Assembly: GCA_039801565.1 (NCBI GenBank)
Contig: JBDRUX010000008.1
Coordinates: 1 to 45,183 of the forward strand
Length of the DNA stretch: 45,183 bases
Source of the DNA: a candidate division WOR-3 bacterium
GTDB taxonomy: Bacteria > Hydrothermota > Tepidihabitantia > Tepidihabitantales > JAOUPE01
Reading direction: 5' to 3'
Shown here: positions 18,022 through 29,044 of the stretch, one piece after another
Layout: each line of letters starts with the position of its first letter
Position numbering within the stretch: the first letter of the stretch is position 1
Position numbers and translations under genes: made by a program
Notes under the pieces: generated by a model
The model's input: the letters and a program-made list of their open reading frames with translations, nothing else
Database searches by the model: none
Told to the model about the DNA's origin: nothing

Positions 18022-18728
18022 GTCGAAGTAAAAGATATTTGAGTTTAATCAAATCATTGCCGGAACGTAGGCAATTTCCTTTAGCCGAAGCGGTCCAAAA
18101 AATGAAAGAGTGTGCCAATGCTAAATTTGACGAAACAGTAGACTTAGCAATTCGCCTGGGCGTTGACCCCAAAAAGCAAGACCAGATGGTTAAGGGAATG
18201 GTGATGTTGCCTTTTGGTACCGGCAAACCGATTCGAGTTTTGGTTTTAACTAAAGGTGAAAAGGAGAAAGAGGCAAAAGAAGCCGGGGCGGATTATGTCG
18301 GTTTCGAAGAATATATTGAGAAGATTAAATCGGGTTGGTTAGATTTTGATGTTGTGGTAGCAACACCAGATGCGATGCCGGAAGTTGGAAAATTGGGCAA
18401 GATTTTAGGAACCAGAGGGTTGATGCCTTCTCCAAAGACAGGAACCGTCACCTTTGATGTCGGCGCTGCGGTAAGAAGTTTAAAAGCCGGTAAGATTCAA
18501 TTTAAAGTTGATAAAACCGGTAATATCCATGTGATTGTTGGTAAAGCTTCTTTTGAACCGAAAAAGCTCGAAAAGAATATCTTGGCGGTAGTAGCAGAAG
18601 TGCTCAAGGCAAAACCAGCGACAGCAAAAGGTCAGTACCTTCGTTCTATTACCATCTCATCCACGATGGGACCAGCTTTTAAGTTAGATAGTAAAGAGAT
18701 TATTGATTTAGTTGGAAAGGAAGGTTAA
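18018..18728 (+). CDS. rplA: 50S ribosomal protein L1
   Basis: [32 protein letters not shown]. Confidence 0.98.
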   Translation: MSRSKRYLSLIKSLPERRQFPLAEAVQKMKECANAKFDETVDLAIRLGVDPKKQDQMVKGMVMLPFGTGKPIRVLVLTKGEKEKEAKEAGADYVGFEEYIEKIKSGWLDFDVVVATPDAMPEVGKLGKILGTRGLMPSPKTGTVTFDVGAAVRSLKAGKIQFKVDKTGNIHVIVGKASFEPKKLEKNILAVVAEVLKAKPATAKGQYLRSITISSTMGPAFKLDSKEIIDLVGKEG

Positions 18729-18729
18729 T

Positions 18730-19278
18730 TTGCCCAAAAAAGAAAAGGTCGAGACGGTCCAGAAACTTAAAATACTTCTGGAAAGTGCTACTGGAATTTA
18801 TTTTGCTGATTGCTCAAGAATCAAGGCAAAAGAACTGTCGGATTTACGTCATCAATTGCGGACAGCGGCAATAACAACAAAAGTCATAAAAAACCGCTTG
18901 GCATTTTTAGCTTTTAAAGAACTTGGTTTTGCTGATTCGATTCGCAATTTTCTGACCGGTCCGACTGCTTTGATTACGACGACGCAAGACCCAATAAAAC
19001 CGGCAAGAATGCTTAAGGATTTAATGAAAAAATTTACTGAGATTAAAATCAAAGGGGCTTATGTTGAGAAGACCATTTTTGGTGCTGAACAATTCGGTTA
19101 CTTAGCAAATCTACCAACCCGACCCGAACTTGAGACTTCTTTGGTGACCACCCTTCTTCAACCTCTCTATGGAATCGTTATGGCGCTAAATGGACTTCTC
19201 AATAATATGGTCTTCACTTTCGAGGCAATCAGTCGCAAAAAGACTGACGAAAGTAATTTACAAAAGGAACAAAACTGA
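18730..19278 (+). CDS. rplJ: 50S ribosomal protein L10
   Basis: VIKNRLA, GPTA, LANLPTR motifs; synteny; start placed at TTG 18730 (MPKKEK) after GGAAGG. Confidence 0.9.
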   Translation: MPKKEKVETVQKLKILLESATGIYFADCSRIKAKELSDLRHQLRTAAITTKVIKNRLAFLAFKELGFADSIRNFLTGPTALITTTQDPIKPARMLKDLMKKFTEIKIKGAYVEKTIFGAEQFGYLANLPTRPELETSLVTTLLQPLYGIVMALNGLLNNMVFTFEAISRKKTDESNLQKEQN

Positions 19279-19352
19279 CTAACTCTAAATAAGATGTTTA
19301 GTTTCCTAACAAGCTTAAGCGTTAGAAATTTTTATAAAATAAGGAGGAAAAG

Positions 19353-19760
19353 ATGATAACGAACGAAAGCAAAAAGGTTACGGTTGACGAAATCGTGGCG
19401 ATTATTGAGTCTTTAACCGTAAAAGAATTGGCGACATTAGTGGATACCCTAAAAGAGAAGTTCGGCGTAACCCCACAAGCTTTTATTCCCCAAGGTGTTG
19501 CGACGGCAACCGCACCGAGCGGTGAAGCAGCACCAAAAGAAGAAACAAAAGCCGAATTCACCGTAACTTTAGTTTCGGTTGGCGATAAAAAGATTCAAGT
19601 TCTCAAAGAATTGAGGGCTTTAACCAACTTGGGTTTAAAAGAGGCTAAGGATTTAATTGACAAGACACCAAGTGTAATAAAAGAAGGCGCCAGTAAAGAG
19701 GAAGCCGAAAAGATAAAAGCCAAGTTAGAAGAAGTCGGAGCCAAGGTGGAGGTTAAATAG
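19353..19760 (+). CDS. rplL: 50S ribosomal protein L7/L12
   Basis: [38 protein letters not shown]. Confidence 0.97.
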   Translation: MITNESKKVTVDEIVAIIESLTVKELATLVDTLKEKFGVTPQAFIPQGVATATAPSGEAAPKEETKAEFTVTLVSVGDKKIQVLKELRALTNLGLKEAKDLIDKTPSVIKEGASKEEAEKIKAKLEEVGAKVEVK

Positions 19761-19762
19761 TA

Positions 19763-22700
19763 ATGAAAACGGTAAAAAAGGACTTTTCCAAGTTGGGAAG
19801 TTTTTTTGAGATACCGAGCCTTCTATCAATCCAACTTGACTCTTTTCGTGAGTTCTTGCAGTATGACACACCACCCGAAAAAAGAAAGAACGAAGGATTG
19901 CAAGCAGTCTTTAATGAGATCTTCCCTATCGAGGACACCCATAAGAAGTTCAGCTTAGAGTTTGTCGCTTACACTGTTGGCAAAGAGAAATACACAGAAG
20001 AAGAAGCACTGCAAAAAGGTGTCACCTACGCTCGACCCCTGAAAGTTAAGTTTCGATTGGTTCGTGGTGCGGGCAAGGATATGACAAAAGTTGCGGAAGT
20101 GATTGAAGATGAAATTTTTCTCTGCGAATTACCGTTTATGACCAGACGAGGAACTTTCATTATCAACGGTGTCGAAAGAGTGATTGTTAGTCAATTGCAT
20201 CGTTCACCGGGACTTTATTTCTCTCGAGAAGAAGATGAATTTTCAGTTCTTTTAGTACCGTTGCGCGGTGCCTGGTTTGAAGTCGTGGTTGATAAGCATA
20301 ATAATTTGGTGGTCCTTTTAGACCGCAACCGACGGGTCTCCGCCGCTACTTTCTTAAGAGCCCTCGGATTTTCTGACGAGGACATTTACCAAGGACTATT
20401 CAAAGTCGAAGAAGCACCACTGCGAGTTGGACAAATTGTTGCGGCTAAGGTGACCAGTCCCGAAGGGGTAGTTTATGCACGCCCGGGGGAGACAGTTACC
20501 GAAGGGTTATTGGAATTTCTTAATTCCAAGGGGATTAAAAAAATACTTTGCGTTTCACCGAACGAAGTTGGCGTATCCATAGTCAACAATACGATGCTAC
20601 AAGATAAGACGGTATCCGAGGAGGAGGCGATTAAAAAGGTTTATCAACGATTACGCTCGATGACACCACATTCTCTGGAAGTCGCCAAGAACTTAATTGA
20701 AGGGATGCTGTTTGATAAAAGACGGTTCGATTTAGGCAAAGTTGGCAGGTTTAAACTCAATCAACGCTTAGGGAAAAATACTCCGGTGACTGAAACTAAT
20801 CTTAAACGCGATGACTTGATTGGAATTTTTCGATTACTTTTAAACTTTGTCGAAAGACAATTCCCAGCCGACGATGTTGACCATTTGGCTAATCGCCGGG
20901 TCAAACGGGTAGGGGAGTTATTGGAGGACCAATTCCGCTTTGCCTTGATGCAATTGGGCCAAAATATTCGAGAAAGAGCAGCCTTTCTCGATGAATCCCA
21001 ATTGCATCCTCAAGAGATGATTAACACTCGGGTTGTTGTTAGTTCAATTATGAAATTCTTCACCCAAAGCCAACTCTGCCAATTTATGGAGCAGACCAAT
21101 CCATTGACCGAATTAACCCATAAACGACGGGTTTCGGCTTTAGGACCAGGCGGTTTAACTAAAGAGACCGCTGGCTTTGAGGCGCGCGATGTTCACTACT
21201 CCCACTATGGCCGAATCTGTCCAATTGAAACCCCGGAAGGTCCAAATATTGGTCTCATCACCACCGTCGCCACTTTTGCCAAGATTAACCAGTTTGGATT
21301 CTTGACCACACCTTACTGGCGAGTTAAGGATGGTATGGTAACACGAAAAATTGAGTATCTAACGCCTGACGAGGAAGATGCTTGTGTTATCGCACAAGCC
21401 GACACCCCCTTAGATGAAAACCGTCGATTTGCGACACAAGAAATCATCGCACGCCGACGTGGTGATGTGGTGACGGTTCGACCCGAAATGGTAACCCATA
21501 TGGATGTTTCACCGAAACAGTTATTCTCACCTTCAACAGTGATGATACCATTCTTAGAACACGATGACGCTGACCGCGCTTTAATGGGTGCCAATATGCA
21601 ACGGCAGGCGGTACCGCTCTTGCAACCAGAAAAACCATTAGTGGCAACCGGTGTCGAAGAAAAATTTGCCATTGAATCAGGAGCAATGGTCATCGCTGAG
21701 GAAGATGGTGTAGTAGCAAAAGTTGATGCCTCAACAATTGTCTTAAGGACGGCAACCGGCCTACACGAATATCATCTCCGAAAATTTAACAAATCGAACC
21801 AATATACTTGTTGGTCGCAACGACCAATTGTAACCGAGGGTCAAAAAATTCAAAAAGGTCAAGTCTTAGCCGATGGTCCTGCTACCGATGGTGGACAATT
21901 AGCCTTAGGGAGAAATGTCTTTGTTGCATTTATGCCTTGGCGTGGCTATAACTACGAAGATGCCATTGTCATTTCGGAACGCTTGGTGAAAGATGATTGT
22001 TTTACTTCGATTCAAATCCTTGAATTTGAAATCCAAGCCCGTGAGACGAAACTGGGACCAGAAGAAATCACTAGGGATATTCCAGGAGCGACGGAAGATG
22101 AGTTAAAAGATTTAGATGAATTTGGTATAATCCGGGTTGGAACCGAAGTGACTCCGGGTGATATTTTAGTTGGCAGAATTACCCCGAAGGGTGAAACCGA
22201 ATTTTCGCCCGAGGAACGGTTGCTGCGAGCAATCTTTGGCGAAAAAGCGGCGAATGTTCGTGATACTTCACTAAGAGTTGAACCTGGAGTCTACGGAGTT
22301 GTTATTGAACGAAGAATCAGTTCCCGCCGCACTCAAAGTCCCCTTTCCCGCTGGTTAGACAAAACCCGAACGGAGGAAGCAGAAAATAAGTATCAGATGC
22401 GGAAGAAATTTATCCAAGAGCGGCGCGACGAACGGTTGAAGAACCTAATGCTGGATGAAAAAGCGGCTCGAACCATCAAGGATAGCAAGGACCGAATCAT
22501 TCTGAAAGTTGGGGAAAAGTTTGACGAAACTTTTTTCGCAGAAAATCGGTTAGCAAAGATAAAAGATTTTAATGAAATACTGGAAAATGCCGAAAAGAAC
22601 AAAGCGATTCAACAAGTCCTCAGAGAATATGAAGACGAACTAACACAATTGAATAAAGAAAAACAGACCGAAATCGATCGGATTCAACGCGGCGATGAAT

Positions 22701-23449
22701 TACCCACCGGGGTTTTAGTCTGGATAAGAATTTTCATTGCCCAAAAACGAAAACTCTCGGTTGGTGATAAAATGGCAGGGCGACACGGTAATAAAGGGGT
22801 GGTCGCCAAAGTGTTACCAATTGAAGATATGCCTTATCTGGCAGATGGCACCCCAGTGGATATGGTCTTAAATCCCCTGGGCGTTCCGTCTCGGATGAAT
22901 ATCGGTCAAATTTTAGAGACCTACTTGGGGTGGGCAGCAAAAATCCTGGGCTACCAAGCAATTTGTCCAGTCTTTGAAGGAGCTAGTCCAAAAGAAATTA
23001 GCGAAGAATTGAAAAAAGCCGGTTTACCTGAGGATGGTAAGGTAACACTCTATGATGGTAGGACCGGTCTGCCGTTTCAACAAAAAGTAGTTGTTGGCTA
23101 TATTTATATGATGAAATTAATTCATATGGTTGATGACAAAATTCACGCTCGTTCTACTGGCCGGTATTCCCTGATTACCCAGCAACCGTTAGGGGGTAAG
23201 GCGCAATTTGGTGGTCAGCGGTTCGGCGAAATGGAAGTGTGGGCACTTGAGGCGTATGGTGCAGCCAATGCCTTGCAAGAAATGTTGACTATGAAATCGG
23301 ATGATGTTGAGGGACGGAGTGCCCTTTATGAAGCATTGATTCGCGGTAAGAATCCACCGACACCAAAAGCACCAGCTTCCTTCTCAGTTTTAGTTAAGGA
23401 ATTGCAAGGATTAGGATTAGAGTTAATTCCAGAGAAGGAGGGAAAATGA
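19763..23449 (+). CDS. rpoB: RNA polymerase beta subunit
   Basis: GTFIINGVERVIVSQLHRSPG, CPIETPEGPNIGL, GDKMAGRHGNKG, GGQRFGEMEVWALEAYG. Confidence 0.99.
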   Translation: MKTVKKDFSKLGSFFEIPSLLSIQLDSFREFLQYDTPPEKRKNEGLQAVFNEIFPIEDTHKKFSLEFVAYTVGKEKYTEEEALQKGVTYARPLKVKFRLVRGAGKDMTKVAEVIEDEIFLCELPFMTRRGTFIINGVERVIVSQLHRSPGLYFSREEDEFSVLLVPLRGAWFEVVVDKHNNLVVLLDRNRRVSAATFLRALGFSDEDIYQGLFKVEEAPLRVGQIVAAKVTSPEGVVYARPGETVTEGLLEFLNSKGIKKILCVSPNEVGVSIVNNTMLQDKTVSEEEAIKKVYQRLRSMTPHSLEVAKNLIEGMLFDKRRFDLGKVGRFKLNQRLGKNTPVTETNLKRDDLIGIFRLLLNFVERQFPADDVDHLANRRVKRVGELLEDQFRFALMQLGQNIRERAAFLDESQLHPQEMINTRVVVSSIMKFFTQSQLCQFMEQTNPLTELTHKRRVSALGPGGLTKETAGFEARDVHYSHYGRICPIETPEGPNIGLITTVATFAKINQFGFLTTPYWRVKDGMVTRKIEYLTPDEEDACVIAQADTPLDENRRFATQEIIARRRGDVVTVRPEMVTHMDVSPKQLFSPSTVMIPFLEHDDADRALMGANMQRQAVPLLQPEKPLVATGVEEKFAIESGAMVIAEEDGVVAKVDASTIVLRTATGLHEYHLRKFNKSNQYTCWSQRPIVTEGQKIQKGQVLADGPATDGGQLALGRNVFVAFMPWRGYNYEDAIVISERLVKDDCFTSIQILEFEIQARETKLGPEEITRDIPGATEDELKDLDEFGIIRVGTEVTPGDILVGRITPKGETEFSPEERLLRAIFGEKAANVRDTSLRVEPGVYGVVIERRISSRRTQSPLSRWLDKTRTEEAENKYQMRKKFIQERRDERLKNLMLDEKAARTIKDSKDRIILKVGEKFDETFFAENRLAKIKDFNEILENAEKNKAIQQVLREYEDELTQLNKEKQTEIDRIQRGDELPTGVLVWIRIFIAQKRKLSVGDKMAGRHGNKGVVAKVLPIEDMPYLADGTPVDMVLNPLGVPSRMNIGQILETYLGWAAKILGYQAICPVFEGASPKEISEELKKAGLPEDGKVTLYDGRTGLPFQQKVVVGYIYMMKLIHMVDDKIHARSTGRYSLITQQPLGGKAQFGGQRFGEMEVWALEAYGAANALQEMLTMKSDDVEGRSALYEALIRGKNPPTPKAPASFSVLVKELQGLGLELIPEKEGK

Positions 23450-26400
23450 GCACCTTTGCCGATTTTGATGCTTTGCGTTTGAAAATCGCTTCACCGGAAA
23501 CAATTCGGAGTTGGTCAAGTGGTGAAGTGACAAAAGCCGAAACGATAAATTATCGAACTCAAAAACCGGAACGCGATGGACTTTTCTGCGAAAGGATTTT
23601 CGGACCGGTGAAAGATTACGAGTGCAATTGCGGAAAATATAAAAAGATTCGTTACAAAGGAATTGTCTGTGACCGATGTGGTGTCGAAGTTACTACTTCC
23701 GCAGTGCGCCGGGAAAGAATGGGCCATATCGAATTGGTCATCCCGGTTGCCCATCCGCTTTTCTATCAAATTACACCATCGAAGATTGGTTTAATCCTTG
23801 ACCTTTCAATCAACGAAATCGAAAGTATTTTAAACTACGAAAATTATATAATTTGTGAAGTTGGTACCTCACCCTATAAAAAACAAGAATTGATAAGTGA
23901 AGAAGAATATAATGAAGTGAAAGATAAATATGAAGGGATGGTAGCTGATACCGGCGCCCCGGCTTTAAAGTATCTATTGTCAAAATTGGATTTAGATGAC
24001 TTAGCCGCTGATTTGCGAGCCAGGATCAAAGTCGAGAAATCCCGACGCTTCAATTTATTAAGACGGTTAAGAGTTGTCGAAGCATTCCGGTCGTCCCAAG
24101 CCAAACCCGAATGGATGATTTTAGAAGTTTTGCCGGTAATACCACCAGACCTAAGACCATTGGTGCCACTGGAAGGCGGACGCTACGCCACTTCGGATTT
24201 GAACGATTTGTATAAACGAGTCATTGTTCGAAATAATCGGTTAAAGCATTTACTGAGTATCAAGACGCCTGAGATAATTCTTAAGAACGAAAAACGGATG
24301 TTGCAGGATGCGGTGGATAGTCTATTTAATAATGAAAATCGGCCAAGACCAGTTCGGGGCAAAGCAAATCGGCCATTAAAATCTTTATGCGAAGCGCTAC
24401 GCGGCAAACAAGGCCGTTTTCGCCGTAACCTTTTAGGTAAGCGCGTTGACTATTCCGGTCGTTCGGTAATTGTTGTTGACCCAAATCTAAAATTATCTCA
24501 GTGCAGTATCCCTAAAGAGATGGCATACGAACTTTTTAAACCGATGATTATGCGCAAACTGGAAGAAAAGCGATTAGCCGAAAGTGAAAAAGGAGCGAAA
24601 TCGTTATATAAGAAAGAAGCACCGGTAGTCTGGGAAGTTTTAGAAGAAGTGACCAAATTTCATCCCGTGCTACTTAACCGAGCCCCGACCTTACACCGTG
24701 TTTCAGTGCAGGCTTTTTTCCCGGTCTTGGTCGAACATCGGGCAGTTGGCATCCATCCCTTAGTCTGCCCACCGTTTAATGCCGATTTTGATGGCGACAC
24801 AATGTCGGTTCATGTTCCTTTAACTCCGGAAGCAATCTTAGAATCAGCGGTTTTAATGTTGTCTACTCATAACATCTTATCACCAGCGCATGGTCGCCCT
24901 TTGATGACACCATCCCAAGACATTGTGGCCGGTATCTATTATCTCACTAAGGCGAAACCAAAACATTCGAGCGATAAAACGATGGTGAAAATTTATGACA
25001 ACTTTGCCGAAGTCCACAGCGCCTTTGCTTTAGGTGATATTGAGATTCATACCCCTGTCCGTTTTATTTATCAAGGAAAGCCGATTGATACAACAGTGGG
25101 ACGAATCCTATTCAATGAGATATTACCCGAATCGCTCCGATTCGTTAATGAAGTCTACAATAAAGAAAAATTGGCAACATTGGTCCATCGAATTCATCGT
25201 CTCTTGGGTAGTGAGGCAACCGCTGAGTTTTTAGACCGAGTTAAAGATTTAGGATTTGAGGTAGCAACTATTTCGGGATTATCCATTGGGATTGGTGACA
25301 TGATTTTACCCAAAGAGAAGGAACGGATTTTAAGACAACACGAGGAAGAGTTGAAAAAAGTCTATCGCGCCTACGACCGGGGTTTGACGACCGATACCGA
25401 AAAATACAATCAAGTAGTTAACACCTGGACAATGGCAACGGCTGAGGTCGAAGAAGCATTGATGAGAAATTTAAGCCTCGACCAAGATGGGTTCAATCCG
25501 ATGTTTATGTTGATTGACTCCGGTGCCCGTGGTTCACGAACCCAGGCCGCGCAGATTTGCGGGATGCGTGGTTTGATGGCAAAACCACAACGCCGCGCAA
25601 TGGGTGAAGAGGTCATTGAGACTCCGATTAAAAGTTCATTTTTGGAGGGACTTTCGGTTTGGGAGTATTTTATTTCAACCCACGGGGCAAGAAAAGGGCT
25701 TACCGATACCGCACTAAAAACTGCTGAAGCCGGTTACCTGATGCGTCGGTTAGTGGATGTCGCGCATGATGTGGTCATCACTATGGAAGATTGTGGAACA
25801 ATTTTAGGGCAAGAGATAACCGCTTTGCGCGAAGGTGGAGAAGTAATTGAGTCATTAGCCGAACGAATTGCGGGTCGGATTGCCTTAGATGAAGTTAAAA
25901 ATCCACTCTCGGGCGAAACCATTGTGCGAGCCGGTGAAGAGATTACCGATGCGGCAGCCGAAGAGATTGAAAACTTTGGAATTGAAAAGGTAAGAGTCCG
26001 TTCGGTTCTGACCTGTGAAGCGCCAACCGGACTTTGTGTCAAATGTTATGGGCGAAATTTAGCAACCGGGCGTTTAGTTGAAATTGGCGAAGCCGTAGGA
26101 ATTATTGCGGCCCAGTCCATCGGCGAACCAGGAACCCAATTGACCTTGAAGACTTTTCATGTCGGTGGAGTTGCCACTCGAATCGCCGAACAGACCAAAG
26201 CAACTGCAAAATTTGCCGGTCAAGTCAAATTTCAAGAATTACGAACCGCCAAACGTTCCGACGGAGAGATTGTTGTTATTGAACCTGGACGATTAACTCT
26301 TAGTGGTGATGGCAAAGTTTTACCGTTCACGGTGCCCAAAGGCGTGGTATTGCGAGTTAACGATGGTGATACAGTACCTGAAGGCGCCACGCTGTTTGAA

Positions 26401-27450
26401 TGGGAACCCTATTCAATAATAATTATGGCGGGCAAGGCCGGTCGAGTAAGATTTGAAGATATTCGACCCGGAATTACCCTGCGCGAAGATATTGACGAGG
26501 CAACGGAACGGATGCAACGGATTATTATGGAAGATAAAAGTGGCAAACTGCATCCTCGTATTGAAATAATCGGTGAGGGCGACAAAATTCTGGAAAAGCA
26601 CGCTTTACCAGCTGGTGCTTATTTGATTGTGAATAATAATGACCGAGTTTTACCAGGTGATACCTTAGCCAAATTGCTCCGAGAAATTGGTAAAACACGG
26701 GATATCACCGGCGGATTACCCAAAGTTGCCGAATTGGTTGAAGCCAAACGAATTAAAGACCCTGCTATCATTTCTGAAATTGATGGCACGGTCGAGGTGG
26801 GTGAACCAAAAATGGGAATTCGTTTAGTTAAGGTAATATCAGAAGGTGGAACGGTGCGCGAATATGAAATCCCTTACGGCAAATACCTTTTGGTAAAAAC
26901 TGGCGACCAGGTCAAAGCTGGTGATAAACTCTGTGAAGGTTCAGTTGATCCCCATGATGTTTTACGCGTCAAAGGTTGGCTGGCGGTTCAGGAATTTTTG
27001 ACCAATCAAATTCAAGCCGTTTATCGATTACAAAATGTCAAAATTAACGACAAACATATCTCGGTGATTGTTCGTCAGATTCTGCGGAAAGTTAAAATCG
27101 AAGACCCTGGCGATTCGATATTTACTGAAGGCGAAATTGTCGAACGCCGCAAAGTTTTAGAAGAAAATCAAAGATTGGAACAAGAAAATCTCCGGCCAGC
27201 CAGTTACCAGCCGATACTTTTAGGTATCACTCGGGCGGCACTTTTGACCGAAAGTTTCCTATCCGCCGCATCATTTCAAGAGACGACACGGGTTCTATCC
27301 GAAGCAGCGATTCAAGGCAGGGTTGACCGGCTGCATGGCTTAAAAGAGAATGTGATTGTCGGAAGATTAATTCCAGCCGGAACCGGTTTTCGAGCATTAC
27401 GCAAAGCAATTGAAGCCGAAGAAGAAGCGAAAAAGACCAAGGCGGTGTGA
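23446..27450 (+). CDS. rpoC: RNA polymerase beta' subunit
   Basis: Zn finger C.CGKYK...CDRCGVE, NLLGKRVDYSGRSVI, NADFDGD, AQSIGEPGTQLT. Confidence 0.99.
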   Translation: MSTFADFDALRLKIASPETIRSWSSGEVTKAETINYRTQKPERDGLFCERIFGPVKDYECNCGKYKKIRYKGIVCDRCGVEVTTSAVRRERMGHIELVIPVAHPLFYQITPSKIGLILDLSINEIESILNYENYIICEVGTSPYKKQELISEEEYNEVKDKYEGMVADTGAPALKYLLSKLDLDDLAADLRARIKVEKSRRFNLLRRLRVVEAFRSSQAKPEWMILEVLPVIPPDLRPLVPLEGGRYATSDLNDLYKRVIVRNNRLKHLLSIKTPEIILKNEKRMLQDAVDSLFNNENRPRPVRGKANRPLKSLCEALRGKQGRFRRNLLGKRVDYSGRSVIVVDPNLKLSQCSIPKEMAYELFKPMIMRKLEEKRLAESEKGAKSLYKKEAPVVWEVLEEVTKFHPVLLNRAPTLHRVSVQAFFPVLVEHRAVGIHPLVCPPFNADFDGDTMSVHVPLTPEAILESAVLMLSTHNILSPAHGRPLMTPSQDIVAGIYYLTKAKPKHSSDKTMVKIYDNFAEVHSAFALGDIEIHTPVRFIYQGKPIDTTVGRILFNEILPESLRFVNEVYNKEKLATLVHRIHRLLGSEATAEFLDRVKDLGFEVATISGLSIGIGDMILPKEKERILRQHEEELKKVYRAYDRGLTTDTEKYNQVVNTWTMATAEVEEALMRNLSLDQDGFNPMFMLIDSGARGSRTQAAQICGMRGLMAKPQRRAMGEEVIETPIKSSFLEGLSVWEYFISTHGARKGLTDTALKTAEAGYLMRRLVDVAHDVVITMEDCGTILGQEITALREGGEVIESLAERIAGRIALDEVKNPLSGETIVRAGEEITDAAAEEIENFGIEKVRVRSVLTCEAPTGLCVKCYGRNLATGRLVEIGEAVGIIAAQSIGEPGTQLTLKTFHVGGVATRIAEQTKATAKFAGQVKFQELRTAKRSDGEIVVIEPGRLTLSGDGKVLPFTVPKGVVLRVNDGDTVPEGATLFEWEPYSIIIMAGKAGRVRFEDIRPGITLREDIDEATERMQRIIMEDKSGKLHPRIEIIGEGDKILEKHALPAGAYLIVNNNDRVLPGDTLAKLLREIGKTRDITGGLPKVAELVEAKRIKDPAIISEIDGTVEVGEPKMGIRLVKVISEGGTVREYEIPYGKYLLVKTGDQVKAGDKLCEGSVDPHDVLRVKGWLAVQEFLTNQIQAVYRLQNVKINDKHISVIVRQILRKVKIEDPGDSIFTEGEIVERRKVLEENQRLEQENLRPASYQPILLGITRAALLTESFLSAASFQETTRVLSEAAIQGRVDRLHGLKENVIVGRLIPAGTGFRALRKAIEAEEEAKKTKAV

Positions 27451-27545
27451 CGATGCAATCATTATTAAAAATAACTCTGCGAGAAGGAGGAAAAATAAAA
27501 CCACGAAAATTTTTTGTTACTTCGTGGTAAATTAAGGTAACCATT

Positions 27546-27926
27546 ATGCCAACAATCAATCAGTTATTGAGAAAAGAACGCAAAAAGGTTGAAAGTAAAT
27601 CGAAGACTCCAGCGTTAAAGGGTAATCCCCAAAAACGGGGAGTTTGCACTCGGGTTTATACGACAACACCTAAAAAACCCAACTCCGCATTACGCAAGGT
27701 TTGCAAGGTTCGACTCACCTCGGGTTATGAAATTACTGCTTATATTCCTGGTGAAGGACACAATTTACAAGAACACTCAATTGTGTTAGTGCGTGGGGGT
27801 AGAGTAAAAGATTTACCCGGTGTTCGCTATCACGTGATTAGAGGAACTCTTGATACCGCTGGGGTCGAAGGTCGAAAACAGGGTCGTTCCCTTTACGGTG
27901 TGAAACGACCCAAGCCATCTGCCTAA
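27546..27926 (+). CDS. rpsL: 30S ribosomal protein S12
   Basis: [29 protein letters not shown]. Confidence 0.99.
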   Translation: MPTINQLLRKERKKVESKSKTPALKGNPQKRGVCTRVYTTTPKKPNSALRKVCKVRLTSGYEITAYIPGEGHNLQEHSIVLVRGGRVKDLPGVRYHVIRGTLDTAGVEGRKQGRSLYGVKRPKPSA

Positions 27927-27939
27927 AACTGGAGGTCTA

Positions 27940-28410
27940 ATGGCAAGAAGAAAAAGAGCGATAATTCGGAAAATTACTCCTGACCCAAAATTCCAGTCGG
28001 TGTTGGTTGGTCGGTTTATCAATAATTTGATGTGGGATGGTAAAAAAACCAGGGCACAACAAATTTTCTATAAAGCGCTCGAAATCATTGAAAAACTTAC
28101 TAAAGAAGATGGTTATGCGGTCTTTCAAAAAGCAATCAATAATGTCAAACCGGTATTAGAAGTGAGACCCCGGCGTGTTGGCGGTGCTACCTATCAAATT
28201 CCAATGGAAGTGCCGGCTAACCGACGGGAAGCCTTAGCAATAAAGTGGATTATTGCCGCTGCTCGTGCCCGTAGCGAATATGAGATGGAAGAGCGGCTTG
28301 CCAAAGAATTGATCGACGCCAGCCGAAATCAGGGAAGTGCGATAAAGAAAAAAGAAGATACCCACAAGATGGCTGAAGCTAATCGCGCCTTTGCCCATTA
28401 TCGCTGGTAA
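27940..28410 (+). CDS. rpsG: 30S ribosomal protein S7
   Basis: [26 protein letters not shown]. Confidence 0.99.
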   Translation: MARRKRAIIRKITPDPKFQSVLVGRFINNLMWDGKKTRAQQIFYKALEIIEKLTKEDGYAVFQKAINNVKPVLEVRPRRVGGATYQIPMEVPANRREALAIKWIIAAARARSEYEMEERLAKELIDASRNQGSAIKKKEDTHKMAEANRAFAHYRW

Positions 28411-28485
28411 ATCCAAGGTCGTTCAGGAACGGATCAAGGCTTTAGGCATTTATTCTTTTTTAATCTTTACCAAGAGATAATTAGA

Positions 28486-28504
28486 ATGAGGGGTTTCCCC
28501 TCAT
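28486..28504 (+). terminator. Hairpin downstream of rpsG, possible terminator
   Basis: Perfect 8-bp stem ATGAGGGG-TTT-CCCCTCAT, but only a weak U-tract. Confidence 0.4.
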
Positions 28505-28626
28505 CTTAAAACCATTAATCAGCTAATAAAATTCGATGCAGTCGAAGTTGAAAATAAATTTTTACACATCATAAAAATTAAAAATTAGGGTACAGTGGTA
28601 GCGGTGCGATTCATCACCCACCAAAT

Positions 28627-28753
28627 TTTAAACTATGTTGAACATTTTGAACGATTTTCCAGCACATTCCCGAAATCGGTAATTACAATTAGTAGTTAGG
28701 GATTGGTACGCACCAAAAACGATTTAAACTATGTTGAACATTTTGAACGATTT
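28627..28753 (+). repeat. Direct repeat of 31 bp (28627-28657 and 28723-28753)
   Basis: TTTAAACTATGTTGAACATTTTGAACGATTT occurs exactly twice, 96 bp apart; the sequences following each copy are also weakly similar. Confidence 0.9.
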
Positions 28754-29044
28754 CTTATACATTCTTAAATCCGTGATTAAGGCACCGGTCTTAGCGATTA
28801 GTGAAAATAATTAGGGAGTGTAGGAGGTGGCTTCCCATGTGACCTGCGGGTTTATCTGCTGGGCTACTTCCCAAGTTGCTTTCCAGGTTACCTGCCGAGT
28901 CACTTCCGAGGTCGCCTATGAAATCGCTCCTTAGCCTGCCTACCAACCAAATCCCGAACCTACTCCCGAGGTAACTCCCCAAGCAACCTACGGGGCAGTT
29001 TAGGGGCTAGCCTACGGGGTTGCCCCGAGGCTATACCCCCTCCC
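28734..29044 (+). repeat. Dispersed element copy B, containing a degenerate 12-bp tandem array (~28825-29030)
   Basis: Homologous to the reverse complement of 10142-10456; shared blocks CTTCCGAGGTCGCCTA, CCTGCCTACCAACCAA, CCAAGCAACCTAC, ATACCCCCTCCC, AGTGAAAAT. Confidence 0.85.

Noticed and set aside
24778..24804. RpoC NADFDGDTM instead of the usual NADFDGDQM
   Set aside because: All catalytic aspartates are intact; a single flanking change is weak evidence of altered function
28627..28753. Possible CRISPR array (31-bp repeat)
   Set aside because: Only two copies, a 65-bp interval that is partly self-similar, no third repeat and no cas genes in the window
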